Below are positions 37,871 through 50,400 of a stretch of DNA of 64,000 nt, one piece after another; within the stretch, counting starts at the first letter, position 1, and every line of letters starts with the position of its first letter. Source of the stretch: Chrysemys picta bellii. Lineage: Eukaryota. The notes beneath the pieces are model-generated. The model saw only the letters and a program-made list of their open reading frames with translations. It was not told the DNA's origin and made no database searches. A program made the position numbers and the translations under genes. The stretch spans positions 25,916,001 to 25,980,000 of the forward strand of contig NC_088807.1 in assembly GCF_011386835.1 (NCBI RefSeq), read 5' to 3'.

Positions 37871-39128
37871 GGTTACAGTGGGAGCGCAAACTGCTGGTTT
37901 CCAGCCCCAGAGCTCACACCCCTGGGGCAGTGAACCGTCCCCCAAGCTCCCCTCCAGCCACCCAGCTCCTTGGTTTGGCTTCTCACACGACACGTCTCAG
38001 GGGCTACGCCGGCCAAGATGCCTCTCAGGGGAGGCCATTTTGCTTCTGGGCACCACAGGGTGTAAAAGTGGCCAGCCCGGTAGGCTATAGGGGACAGGCC
38101 CCATGTCCCAGCCCCCCCAGCTAGCCAGTCCCCAGCCTGAGGCTGGATGGGAACCGGCACCCCCTAGAGGTGACAGGCCCCTGCCCCATTCCCCGTCCCC
38201 TTTGAAGCCCCAGTGGGGAGTGGGGACATGAAACGCTGGCAGGTGTTGGGGGGGCGCGGTTGTTGTCACAGCTGGTGTGCGCAGGGGAAGGTGGGTAAAT
38301 ATAGGGTTGATGTAAGTGACACGTGGTAAATGTGTGTGTCACTGCTGGATCCGGGAGTGCTGGCTGGAGCTACACCTTTAGTGTGGGAGAGGGCCTGGGA
38401 GCTGGGATGCCTGGGTTCTCTCCCCGGCTCTGCGAGGGGACTGGGGTCTGAAGGGTTAGAGCTGGGGCAGGGCTGGGAGCCAGGACTCCTGGGTTCCCAC
38501 CTCCCCATAGTGAGAGGAATCACTGACTCTACAAGGATTTCCTGGATAAAGATAAAACCTCTTTTATTTAAATAGATTTTTCTTCCTCGCAATCCTGTAC
38601 AGAATTGGTCTGAATCTCACGCTGGCACCGGGGTCCCCTGCATCGGGGCCCGTTAAGCAGCTTAGATACGATACCTCAGTCTCAGCCCAGCAAGCCACAC
38701 CTTAGGGAGCATGGGAGGGGCTGGAAATGGGGGGGCTAGAGCCCCCCCAAGCCTCATCCCCCCCTCATGGGCTGGTACTGAGGGGAGCCCAGCTCACGCC
38801 AATACACAAGTATTTACACATACAGAGACACGGCTGATCCTCGACAGGGACCAGAATCCAAACCTCTAGCGGGGGAGGGGAGGAAACTGGGAGCCAGGAC
38901 TTCTGGGTTCTTTCCCCAGTTCTGGGAGGGGAGTTGGGTCTAGTGGTTAGAAGGGGGGGGGAAGCTGGGAGCCAGGACTCCTGGGTTCTCTCCCCAGCTC
39001 TAGACACCTGTAAAACCAGGTCAACTCTGATCTCAGCTGGCCACAGGCCCAGCTGCCCGAGGCTGAAGTGTTCCCCATGGGGGTGGGTCCCCCTCCCGGC
39101 AGGGAGACACGGGGTAAATCCAAGTCTT

Positions 39129-42100
39129 TCAGCAGCTGCTGTTGCCAGCGGTGCCCCTAGGGGGCGCCGGGTTCTGCGGCTCCTCCTCCGGCTGGAACTG
39201 GGGATCAGGCTGCAGCCAGGGGTGTTGGAGAAGCTGCTCCAGCGTGGGTCGGTCTGAGGGCTCTGGGGACAGGCACCATCGGATCACATCCTGGCAGCCT
39301 AAGGGGAACGAGCAAGGAGGTTAGAGAGAACCCAGGAGTCCTGGCTCCCAGACCCCACCCAACTGATCATTTTGGACATCCAGAGAAATTTAAAAAAAAA
39401 AAGGGGGGGGGGGAAGTGTGAAAGAATGAAAAGAGAGGTGTCAGGGTGCAGTACCCCAGGGGGCCACAGGGGGCAGCGCTGGGCGTAGGGGGGCAGCACT
39501 GGGCATGGGGGGCAGGAGGTGGCCAGTGAGGGCACTGCTGGGTACAGGGGGGCAGCGCTGGGCATAGGGGGCTGGAGGGGATAGTGCTGGGCATAGGGGG
39601 GCAGGAAGGGGCCAGCAGGGGGCACAGGGGGGCTATGTTGGGCGCAGGGGGACAGAGGGGGGCAGTGGGGCCAGCGCTGGGCATGGGGGGCAGGAAGGGG
39701 CCAGCAGGGGCAGTGTTGGGCATAGGGGGCTGGAGGGGATAGTGCTGGGCATAGGGGGGCAGGAAGGGGCCAGCAGGGGGCACAGGGGGGCTACGTTGGG
39801 CGCAGGGGGGCAGCGGGGCCAGCGCTGGGCACGGGGGGGCAGGAGGGAGTCAGCGGGGGGCGCTCACCCTCAGGCAGGGGCTCCGGGAAGTGGAGCCGCG
39901 CGGCCAGGATCTCCTCGTCGCGCTGGAAGGGGACGTCACCGCAGGCCATGTCGTAGAGCAGGACCCCCAGGGACCAGACGGCGGCCGGCAGCACGTGGTA
40001 TTGCTGCAGCCCCACCCACTCCGGCGGGCTGTACACACGGGTGCCTGGAGGGGGCGCAGGGGTAAGCGGTGCTGCCTCCCAGAGCCGGGAGAGAACCCAG
40101 GCGTCCGGGCTCCCACCACACCCCTTCCAACGCCGGGGAGAGAACCCAGGCGTCCGGGCTCCCACCACACCCCTCCCAGTGCCGGGTGAGAACCCAGGCA
40201 TCCGGGCTCCCAGCTCTACCCACCACTCCCCACCCCCTCCCAGAGGCGGGGAGAGAACCCAGGCATCCGGGCCCCTCACCGTCAAACTCCGTGTAGACCG
40301 TGTCCCGCAGGAGGGCGCCGGAGCCGAAGTCGATGAGCTGGAGGTGGCCGGTGCGCAGCTCCACCAGGATGTTCTCGTCTTTGATGTCCCGATGCGCCAC
40401 CCCCCGGGCGTGGCAGTGCCGCACGGCCTCCAGCACCTGGCGGAAGAAGCGCCGGCACTGCCCCTCGGCCAGGGGCCCCCGCTCCGTCACGTAGTCGAAG
40501 AGATCCTGGCAGGGCTCGGGCCGCTCCAGCACCAGGAGGAACCCCTCGGGGGTCTCGTACCAGTCCAGCAGGCGGATCACGCCCCGGTGCCCGCCCCTGG
40601 CGCACACCCGCTTCATCAGCATCACCTCCTGGGGCACTCGGAGCCCACTGGGCTGTGGGGAGAGAGGAGGGGGAGAGTGAGGCTGGGCCTTACGCTGCAG
40701 AGCCGGGGAGAGAACCCAGGAGTCCTGGCTCCCAGCCCCCCCCTGCTCTAACCACCAGTCCCCACTCCCCTCTCAGAGCAGGGGAGAGAACCCAGGAGTC
40801 CTGGCTCCCAGCCCCCCCTGCTCTAACCACCAGTCCCCACTCCCCTCCCAGAGCGGGGAGAGAACCCAGGAGTCCTGGCTCCCAGCGCCCCCCCACCTCC
40901 CCGCTCTAACCCACCAGCCCCCACTCCCCTCCCAGAGCAGGGAGAGAACCCAGGAGTCCTGGCTCCCAGCGCCCCCCCACCTCCCCGCTCTAACCCACCA
41001 GCCCCCACTCCCCTCCCAGAGCGGGGAGAGAACCCAGGAGTCCTGGCTCCCAGCCCCCCCCTGCTCTAACCACCAGCCCCCACTCCCCTCCCAGAGCGGG
41101 GAGAGAACCCAGGAGTCCGGGCTCCCAGCCCCCGTGCTCTAACCACTAGCCCCCACTCCTCTCCCAGAGCAGGGAGAGAACCCAGGAGTCCGGGCTCCCA
41201 GCCCCCGTGCTCTAACCACTAGCCCCCACTCCCCTCCCAGAGCAGGGAGAGAACCCAGGAGTCCTGGCTCCCAGCCCCCGTGCTCTAACCACTAGCCCCC
41301 ACTCCCCTCCCAGAGCAGGGAGAGAACCCAGGAGTCCTGGCTTCCAGCTCCCGCTGCTCTAACCCACCAGCCCCCACTCCCTTCCCAGAGCCGGGAGAGA
41401 ACCCAGGAGTCCTGGCTCCCAGCCCTCCCTGCTCTAACCACCAGCCCCCGCTCCCCTCCCAGAGCAGGGAGAGAACCCAGGAGTCCTGGCTCCCAGCCCC
41501 CCTGCTCTAACCACCAGCCCCCACTCCCCTCCCAGAGCAGGGAGAGAACCCAGGAGTCCTGGCTCCCAGCCCCCCCTGCTCTAACCACTAGCCCCCACTC
41601 CCCTCCCAGAGCGGGGAGAGAACCCAGGAGTCCTGGCTCCCAGTCCCCCTGCTCTAGCCACCAGCCCCCACTCCCCTCCCAGAGCAGGGAGAGAACCCAG
41701 GAGTCCTGGCTCCCAGCCCCCCCTGCTCTAACCACTAGCCCCCACTCCCCTCCCAGAGCAGGGAGAGAACCCAGGAGTCCTGGCTCCCAGCCCCCCCTGC
41801 TCTAACCACTAGCCCCCACTCCCCTCCCAGAGCGGGGAGAGAACCCAGGAGTCCTGGCTCCCAGTCCCCCTGCTCTAGCCACCAGCCCCCACTCCCCTCC
41901 CAGAGCAGGGAGAGAACCCAGGAGTCCTGGCTCCCAGCCCCCCCTGCTCTAACCACTAGCCCCCACTCCCCTCCCAGAGCAGGGAGAGAACCCAGGAGTC
42001 CTGGCAGTCATGGCCGGGTGCTGGGGGGTGCCGTGCTGCAGGGGGCAGTAGAGGTTGCAGCGATTTCTAGGATAAAGCACCTTCAGCCCATAGACCCACC

Positions 42101-44681
42101 CGCTTTATTTGGACCCAATCGAAAAGGAGGAGACAGGGTTAATTTGCATAAACCCTGGTCCCAAGGATCAAAGCGCCGTTTCGAGGACCCTGGTGGGAAT
42201 TTGCTGAGCTCAGCTCCTCGTTAACCTCCCCAGGCCTGCAGTGGGGACGCAGACTCCTCGTGTGTCACCACGTGGAGCTTTCCAGGGGGGAAGCAATTAA
42301 CCGGCGAGAGCACCCTGAGCTAACGAGCGGAGTGTAGGAATTAGCTCTCCCCTCCCCCACATCCAATCACTGCCTCACGCCCCTCCCCACGAAACGTACC
42401 AGCTTGGACCAGTGCGCGACTTTGTTCTTCGCGATGTGTTTGATGGCAACCTGCAGAGAGACACAGACAGAGCTCAGGCCCCATGTCCCATTCCCTGCCC
42501 CCCAACTCAGACAGTCCCTGCCCTGGGTGAGATCCGGCGCCCCCTAGAGGGGACAGGCCCCTGCCCCATTCCCCGCCCCCCTGAGCCAGCCAGTCCCTGC
42601 CCTGGGGCTGGTGGGAGCCGGCGCCCCCCAGAGGGGACAGGCCCCTGCCCCATTCCCCGCCCCCCTGAGCCAGCCAGTCCCTGCCCTGGGGCTGGGTGAG
42701 ATCCAGCGCCCCCCAGAGGGGACAGGCCCCTGTCCCATTCCCCGCCCCCCCGAGCCAGCCAGTCCCTGCCCTGGGGCCGGGTGGGAGCCGGCGCCCCCCA
42801 GAGGGGACAGGCCCCTGCCCCACTCCCCGCCCCCCGGGGCCAGCCAGTCCCTGCCCCATTCCCCGCCCCCCGGGGCCAGCCAGTTCTCTCACCTGCAGTC
42901 CATCAGCCAGCCGGTGACCAGAGTAGACCGTCCCGAAGCCGCCCTTGCCCAGGAGCCGCCCCAGCTGATACACGGCGTCAAAGGCGTCTTTGTCCTTCCC
43001 TGCAGCAGGGCAGAGAGTTACTGGCACGGAGAACCCAGGAGTCCTGGCTCCCAGCCCCCCCCTGCTCTACCCACTAGCCCCCACTCCCCTCCCAGAGCCG
43101 GGGAGAGAACCCAGGCGTCCGGGCTCCCAGTCTCCCTGCTCTAACCACCAGCCCCCAGTCTCCTCTCAGAGCCAGGCAGAGAACCCAGGCGTCCTGGCTC
43201 CCAGCCCCCCCTGCTCTAACCACCAGCCCCCACTCCCCTCTCAGAGCCAGGCAGAGAACCCAGGAGTCCTGGCTCCCAGCCCCCCCTGCTCTAACCCACC
43301 AGCCCCCACTCCCCTCCCAGAGCCGGGGAGAGAACCCAGGAGTCCTGGCTCCCAGCCCCCCCTACTCTAACCAATAGGCCCCGCTCCCCTCCCCGAGCCA
43401 GGGAGAGAACCCAGGCGTCCGGGCTCCCAGTCTCCCTGCTCTAACCACCAGCCCCCACTCCCCTCCCAGAGCTGGGGAGAGAACCCAGGAATCCTGGCTC
43501 CCAGCCCCCCCTGCTCTAACCAATAGGCCCCGCTCCCCTCCCCGAGCCGGGTGTCCCCCCGGGAATGAAGTGGGAGACGCGGCAGGGGCAGCTCTGCGGA
43601 GGGGGATCCTGGCGGTTGGGGCCGGCGGGGGGGGGTGAAGGGACCCCGGAGAGACCTGGGGGATGATATGGGGGAGAGGAGCCCTCCCAGCACCCCGACC
43701 GACACAGACAGCGAGGGTGAAAGGGACCGGAGAGAAATGGGCAGTGGGGAGGGCTCAGGGCCGGGTCTCAGCTCCCGGCAGTGGGGCAGGAGCCGGGGCA
43801 GTGGAAGAGGGGCTGTGGGGCAGGAGAAGGAGAGGGAACAGTGGGGAGATGTCATGGGGCACAGAGGGGGCCGTGGGGCAGGGAGGGGCAGGGGCCATGG
43901 GGCAGAAGAGGAGGGGGCAGTGGGGAGATGCCGTGGGGCAGGGAGGGGCAGTGGGGAGATGCCGTGGGGCAGGGAGGGGCTGTGGGGCAGGAGAAGGGAA
44001 GGGAACAGTGGGGAGATGCCGTGGGGCACTGAGGGGCAGGGGCCATGGAGCAGAAGAGGAGGGGGCAGTGGGGAGATGCCGTGGGGCAGGGAGGGGCTGT
44101 GGGGCAGGAGAAGGGAAGGGAACAGTGGGGAGATGCCGTGGGGCACTGAGGGGCAGGGGCCATGGGGCAGAAGAGGAGGGAGCAGTGGGGAGATGCCGTG
44201 GGGCACTAAGGGGCAGGGGCCATGGGGCAGAAGAGGAGGGAGCAGTGGGGAGATGCCGTGGGGCAGGGAGGGGCTGTGGGGCAGGAGAAGGGAAGGGAAC
44301 AGTGGGGAGATGCCGTGGGGCACTGAGGGGCAGGGGCCATGGGGCAGAAGAGGAGGGAGCAGTGGGGAGATGCCGTGGGGCACTAAGGGGCAGGGGCCAT
44401 GGGGCAGAAGAGGAGGGAGCAGTGGGGAGATGCCGTGGGGCACTAAGGGGCAGGGGCCATGGGGCAGAAGAGGAGGGAGCAGTGGGGAGATGCCGTGGGG
44501 CACAGAGGGGCAGGGGCCATGGGGCAGAAGAGGAGGGAACAGTGGGGAGATGCCGTGGGGCAGGGAGGGGCAGTGGGGCAGGAGGAGGGAGGAAGAAGGA
44601 AGGGAGGGGTCGTGGGGCAGGAGACAGGGGCCGGCTCTCACCTCCGGGGCCGCCGCGCCCCTCCACGCCCGCGGGCCGCAT
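39129..44681 (-). CDS. PIM2: Serine/threonine kinase Pim-2, 6 coding exons, 305 aa
   Basis: Exons: 44681-44642, 42999-42893, 42450-42400, 40652-40280, 40044-39868, 39298-39129 (918 nt, phases consistent). Motifs: [17 protein letters not shown]-type hinge [31 protein letters not shown]. Position between SLC35A2 and OTUD5 matches PIM2 synteny. Exon 1 is the least certain. AATAAA on the minus strand at 38563-38568. Confidence 0.92.
39440..39830 (+). repeat. G-rich minisatellite in PIM2 intron 5
   Basis: cagcgctgggcatagggggc..ggaaggggccagcagggggcacagg units. Confidence 0.75.
40700..42005 (-). repeat. ~74-bp SINE-head repeat array (PIM2 intron 3), about 17 units
   Basis: Period 74 (agaacccagg at 40787 and 40861). 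Confidence 0.9.
43025..43550 (-). repeat. ~74-bp SINE-head repeat array (PIM2 intron 1)
   Basis: Same unit. Confidence 0.85.
43870..44580 (+). repeat. Purine-rich minisatellite in PIM2 intron 1
   Basis: ggggcaggggccatggggcagaagaggagggagcagtggggagatgccgtggggca units. Confidence 0.9.
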
Positions 44682-44870
44682 CCCCGCCCGTCCCCGCAGC
44701 CTCGGACCCGCCGCGCCGCGAACTCAGCTCGGGACCGACTCGCGCGGCGCCGCGCGGCTCCCTCGCTACAACCCCGCCGCCAGCCAATCAGCGCCGGGCT
44801 CGTTTGCATGGCCCCGCCCCGGGATGCGCTGCGGGCGGGGGGGGGATGTTGAGGTGATTTTCCAGGAATC
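44682..44870 (-). promoter_or_regulatory. PIM2 proximal promoter
   Basis: CCAAT 44784-44788, octamer-like GTTTGCAT 44802-44809, GC box 44811-44820, GAS/STAT site TTCCAGGAA 44860-44868; CpG-rich. Confidence 0.6.
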
Positions 44871-46009
44871 GGGGCGCTGGGGGGGGCGGAAGCGGAGCCG
44901 CAGCGTTTGCTGGGAACTCGGTCAGCGGCAACCAGCCACCGCCGCCGCCTCCGCGCCGCGCACGTCCCTCACCCTCAGCGAGAAGTGAGCCCCGCTTCCA
45001 GACCTGCTGGGGACAGGGAACCCAGGCGTCCGGGCGCCCAGGCAGCCCCAACCCCCCTCCCAGAGCCGAGAGAGAACCCAGGAGTCCTGGCTCTCAGCCC
45101 CCCCCCCCCCGTTCTAACCCACCAGCCCCCCTCCCCTCCCAGAGCCAGGGAGAGAACCCAGGAGTCCTGGCTCCCAGACCCCCCCCACCGGCTCTACCTC
45201 AATCCCTCTCCCAGAGCCGGGGAGAACCCAGGCGTCCGGCTGCCCGGGGGCTGTTAGTCCTTCCAGCGTCCAGTCCCCGCGAAGCCCAGAGCTCGGCCCC
45301 TGCTCTGGGCCGGGTAAAGGCAGCGCCGAGCCGGCGGAACCGCCCGTCACTGGTCCGAGCCGCCCGTCTTCATCCGCCCGGTGCTGCCGGGGACCGCCGG
45401 GGCCCCTGCCAGCCCAGCCCTGCCCCCCACCCAGCTCTGCCGGTGCCCCTCACTCCAGACCCACAGCCACTGCCCCCCCAGCGCTGCAGGTGCCCCTCAC
45501 TCCCGACCCGCAGCCCCCTGGTGGGGTCTGGTTTCTGGAGTGCAGGTGTGGGGGGAGGTTGGGAGCCCGGACGCCTGGGTTCTCTCCTGACTCTGGGAGG
45601 GCCTGTAGCAGGGCCCTTGGGTCACTGAGCTCCCCCCAGACCCCGGGGGTGGGTCATGCACCCTGCAGGGGCCCTGCTGCCCCCCCCCCACTGGAGAGCC
45701 TGGAGCAGGGACCCCCCCCCAGCTCTGTCCTGGGCTGTCCCCAGAGGCAGGAACTGGGGCTCCCCATTCACAGCACATCTTTAAGGCAAGGAAACCTCCA
45801 GTTCCCCCCCCCCCCCCCCGCAGTTATTTGATGGTGTTTGTGTAGGTCCTACCAAAACAGCCCCCAGGGACCGATACTGTCAGGTACGGGGGGGGGGGGG
45901 CAGCTTGGCAGGGAACAGAGTGAAAGGGAGAGACGGGGGGGAGATGAAAGGTCACACCCGGTACCCCCCGGGGCATAGGGGGGCTTCAGTGTTTTGCTCT
46001 AACACCAAT

Positions 46010-46340
46010 GTCACCCCCCTCCCTGTTGTCAGCACCCACTCCCCTCTGAGCCAGGAGAGAACCCAGGCGTCCGGGCTCCCAGCCCCCCCTGCTGTAATCC
46101 ACCAGCCCCCACTCCCCTCCCAGAGCCAGGGAGAGAACCCAGGCGTCCGGGCTCCCAGCCCCCCCCTGCTGTAATCCACCAGCCCCCACTCCCCTCCCAG
46201 AGCCAGGGAGAGAACCCAGGCGTCCGGGCTCCCAGCCCCCCCCTGCTGTAATCCACCAGCCCCCACTCCCCTGCCAGAGCCGGGAGAGAACCCAGGTGTC
46301 CGGGCTCCCAGCCCCCCCCTGCTGTAATCCACCAGCCCCC
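46010..46340 (-). repeat. SINE-head repeat array, ctgtaatcc variant
   Basis: Local variant shared by all units of this array. Confidence 0.8.
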
Positions 46341-47473
46341 CTCCTCCCCGTGAAGAAAATCCAGTGCGAAATGGAAAACAATCAATTCAATTTCTTTAAG
46401 TTGGAAGCTGTTTTGGGGGGGGCCGGGACCGTCCCTCGCTGCGTCTGTGCCCCGGGCGCCGTGGGGGGCTCGACGGGGCCCCGCTCCCATGTGGTGTTGG
46501 GGGCAGCACGTGGGCTGGGGGGGGCCTCGCTCCTGGGCAGGACCTGGCCGGTCGGGGCCCCCGTCTCAGGCAGGGGGGTCAGGGCAGTGCCCAACTGGGT
46601 AACCCCCCCCAGCAGCTCTGGGGCAGCACAACAGGGGGCCTCATCGTGTGTCTTGGCCCCCCCAGTCCACAGGGCCCCCCGCTATTATCAGGCCCTGGCG
46701 GGGGGTGTCACTTGGGGAGGAATTAACCAGCAGCTCCCGTGCCCAGCCCCCCCTCCCCTGGCTTCGCCTTGCAGGAGGCCGCGGCCAGCGCTAGGTGCCA
46801 GGGTAACCCGCTGCGGGAATTCGCCAGGGCCGATGCTGCTGGGGGGGGTCACGGGCTGGATCGGAGTGGGGGGAGCCCCAGGGACCCCCCAGCAGGGCCG
46901 GGGGGCAGGCGGGGAGGGTCTTTCCACAGCTGGTCGAACCGGCTCTGGAGGGGGTCACTCATGCGGGGCACCAGCCCCATGAGCTTAGCCCCCCCCGGCT
47001 GGGCCTGTAGCTCCCCCTGGGAGGGGGGCAGAGTGGGGTGCTTCTCGGGGGCGTGCAGCTGGGGGGCCACTGGGGGGTCAGGGGCAGGACTCCAGGGGAA
47101 GATTGGGGGCATACAGGGGGCCAGGGCATGCTCCCCCCTTTCAATACAGGGGCGTGCTCAGCCGCCCCCCCTCGCCGCTGCTGCGCCCCCCAACCCCAGC
47201 GAGAGGGGAGGGAGGCCCCCGCCTGACGCCCCCTTCGCAGACCCCCCCAAATCCAGCCTGAGACCGGCTCCGTCTGCGGCGTCCACCCCCCAGACCCAGA
47301 GCGGTGGGGGCGGGGGGGAGACGTAGTTTCCAGGGCTCCCTCGCTCCTGTCCAGCGCCCCCGGCTGGCGCCAGACGGGACGACAGCGGGTTTTCTCCCCG
47401 CTTCTTGGGCTCCGTTTGCGCCGCGGGGGGGCCCTGGCTCGGGGCCGGGGGGGGCGACAGTCTCCATTCATTA

Positions 47474-50400
47474 TCAACTCTTGTCGGCGGGGCTGTCTCT
47501 GTGCAGGGATCCCTTCATGCTCTCCAGGTATTCCTGCTGCGAGACCGCCAGCACCGAGGCCAGGATCTCGTCCTCGTCCCAGTCCGTCAGACCTGCCGGG
47601 GGGGGCAGGGTTAGGGGGCAGAGCACCCCGCGCCCCCCAGCTCTCCCCCTCCCCCCCAGCGCGCACATCGGGGGCGGGGCTAGCGGCTTCAGGGGCGTGG
47701 CCTCATTCAGAGCCCTCCTATTCGCCATCGGCAAAGGACTCCTGGGGTCTCTCCCCAGCTCAGGGAGTGGGGGCTGGTGGTTAGAGCAGGGGGGCTGGGA
47801 GCCAGGATGCCTGGGTTCTCTCCCCGGCTCTGGGAGGGCAGTGGGGGCTGGTGGTTAGAGCAGGGGGGGCTGGGAGCCAGGACTCCTGGGTTCTCTCCCC
47901 GGCTCTGGGAGGGGAGTGGGGGCTGGTGGTTAGAGCAGGGGGGCTGGGAGCCAGGATGCCTGGGTTCTCTCCCCGGCTCTGGGAGGGCAGTGGGGGCTGG
48001 TGGTTAGAGCAGGGGGGGCTGGGAGCCAGGACTCCTGGGTTCTCTCCCCGGCTCTGGGAGGGGAGTGGGGGCTGGTGGTTAGAGCAGGGGAGCTGGGAGT
48101 CAGGATGCCTGGGTTCTCTCCCCAGCTCTGGGAGGGCAGTGCGGGCTGGTGGTTAGAGCAGGGGGGCTGGGAGCCAGGACTCCTGGGTTCTCTCCCCGGC
48201 TCTGGGAGGGGAGTGGGGGCTGGTGGTTAGAGCAGGGGGGGGCTGGGAGCCAGGACTCCTGGGTTCTCTCCCCGGCTCTGGGAGGGGAGTGGGGGCTGGT
48301 GGTTAGAGCAGGGGGGCTGGGAGTCAGGACGCCTGGGTTCTCTCCCCGGCTCTGGGAGGGGAGGGGGATTTAGTGGTTAGAGCAGGGGGGGACTGGGAGC
48401 GAGGACTCCTGGGTTCTCTCCCCAGCTCTGGGAGGTGAGGGGAGGGGGGGGGGGGGACACACTCACCAAACGCAGTAGGGGACATCTGCTGCATGATGGC
48501 CCGGCACTCCAGGGCCGGGTACAAGGACACTAAGGGTGGGGTCGCTCGGCCGCCTCCTGCCGATAACTGACTGCTTGTGCCTGGGGACGCAGAGATGGAG
48601 GGAGGGGGGCTATACAGGCTGAAAGTATATTCATTGGTCCTGAGATGCAGCCACCTCTGGGGCGGGGCGGCTGGGGAACAGCGGCACATAACACTGCAGT
48701 GCAACAGTTCATGTGATGTTGAGATACATCCAGCTCTGGGGTGGGGGGCGGGGACGGCCGCACATAACGCCACATGGGGACCCGGCCCCGAGATGCAGCC
48801 ACCTCCGGGGTGGGGGGCGGGGACGGCCGCACATAACGCCACATGGGGACCCGGCCCGAGATGCAGCCACCTCCGGGGTGGGGGGCGGGGACGGCCGCAC
48901 ATAACGCCACATGGGGACCCGGCCCCGAGATGCAGTCACCTCCGGGGTGGGGGGCGGGGCCGGCCGCACATAACGCCACATGGGGACCCGGCCCCGAGAT
49001 GCAGTCACCTCCGGGGTGGGGGGCGGGGACGGCCGCACATAACGCCACATGGGGACCCGGCCCGAGATGCAGCCACCTCCGGGGTGGGGGGCGGGGACGG
49101 CCGCACATAACGCCACATGGGGACCCGGCCCCGAGATGCAGTCACCTCCGGGGTGGGGGGCGGGGCCGGCCGCACATAACGCCACATGGGGACCCGGCCC
49201 CGAGATGCAGTCACCTCCGGGGTGGGGGGCGGGGACGGCCGCACATAACGCCACATGGGGACCCGGCCCGAGATGCAGCCACCTCTGGGGTGGGGGGCGG
49301 GGACGGCCGCACATAACGCCACATGGGGACCCGGCCCGAGATGCAGCCACCTCTGGGGTGGGCAGGCGGGCGGGGGGGGAGGGGGGAACGGCTGCACTGG
49401 GGCAGTTCCTGGATCACCCACTCTGAGCTCCTGGGTAAGAGGGCAGGGAACCCGGGCGGCACTGACCTGGCGCGCAGGGCGAGGGCGGCTTGGGCAGCGC
49501 CAGGGCGGCGGCGGCGCCCGGGGAGGGCGGTTTCAGGGCGGTGATCTCGCCGTGCAGGTCGGGGTGCTCGGGGGACGGGGCCGAGCTGCGCTGGCGCGGG
49601 GAGCGGCTGCTCCAGTCCTCCAGCCCGCTGGTCGCCGCTGCCGTGGCCGAACTGCAGGTGGCGCTGGCTTTCCGGGGCTGGGGGGGGGGGAAGCGAGGGG
49701 TGAGCAGCGAAGACCCCCCCCCCGCCCGGGTCCCATTCCCTGCCCCACATCTGGCCAATCTCCCCCCCCCCCCCCCCGCATCCCCTTCCCCACCCCCCAA
49801 CCAGCCAATCCCCCTCCCGTATCCCATTCCCCACCCCGCGCCACGTCCCGTTCCCCGCCCCCCGCCCCGTGTCACATTCCCTGCCCCCGAGCCGGCCAGG
49901 CCTGGGGGCGTGGCCGGGGGCGTGGCCTCACCTGTCTGGCTTGTTTCTCCTGGTCCCGCAGCCACTGCAGGTAGGACTCTCGGGCCACCTGCTCCTCGAT
50001 GGCCTCGTTCGTGGCCTCCCAGTCGGTTGCTCGCTTCTTGTCCTCCAGCATCTGCTGCTCGATCCACGACTCCTCCGACGTCTTGATGGCGCTTTTCATC
50101 AGCGACTGCTCCGCGTACTGGGGGAGGCGGGGCGGGGTCAGGGAGCCCCGCCCACAGAGTGCCCCGCCCCATCTGTCAGACACCTGCCTCCAGCCCTGCC
50201 CATCACATGCCTGGCCCTGCCCCAGCCCTGCCCCCCAGCTGTGACATGCCCAGCCCCGCCCCCTGGCTGTGACACGCCCCCACCCGGCCCCTGGCCCTGT
50301 CCCCGGTCCCGCCCCTGACACACCCAGCCCCGCCCCTGCAGAAGCAGAGAGCCCATTGGCTGAGAGGCGGCCCCAGCCCCGCCCCACTCACCCCTGGCTT

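Noticed and set aside
40700-42005. SINE-head units as real tRNA genes
   Set aside because: No pairing acceptor stem and the T-loop/B box is mostly degenerate (GTTCTCTCC); these are tRNA-derived repeats, not tRNAs.
43367-44988. ORFs of 308-480 aa over PIM2 intron 1
   Set aside because: Repeat translations. Only the first 40 nt of the 44681 ORF is used, as PIM2 exon 1.
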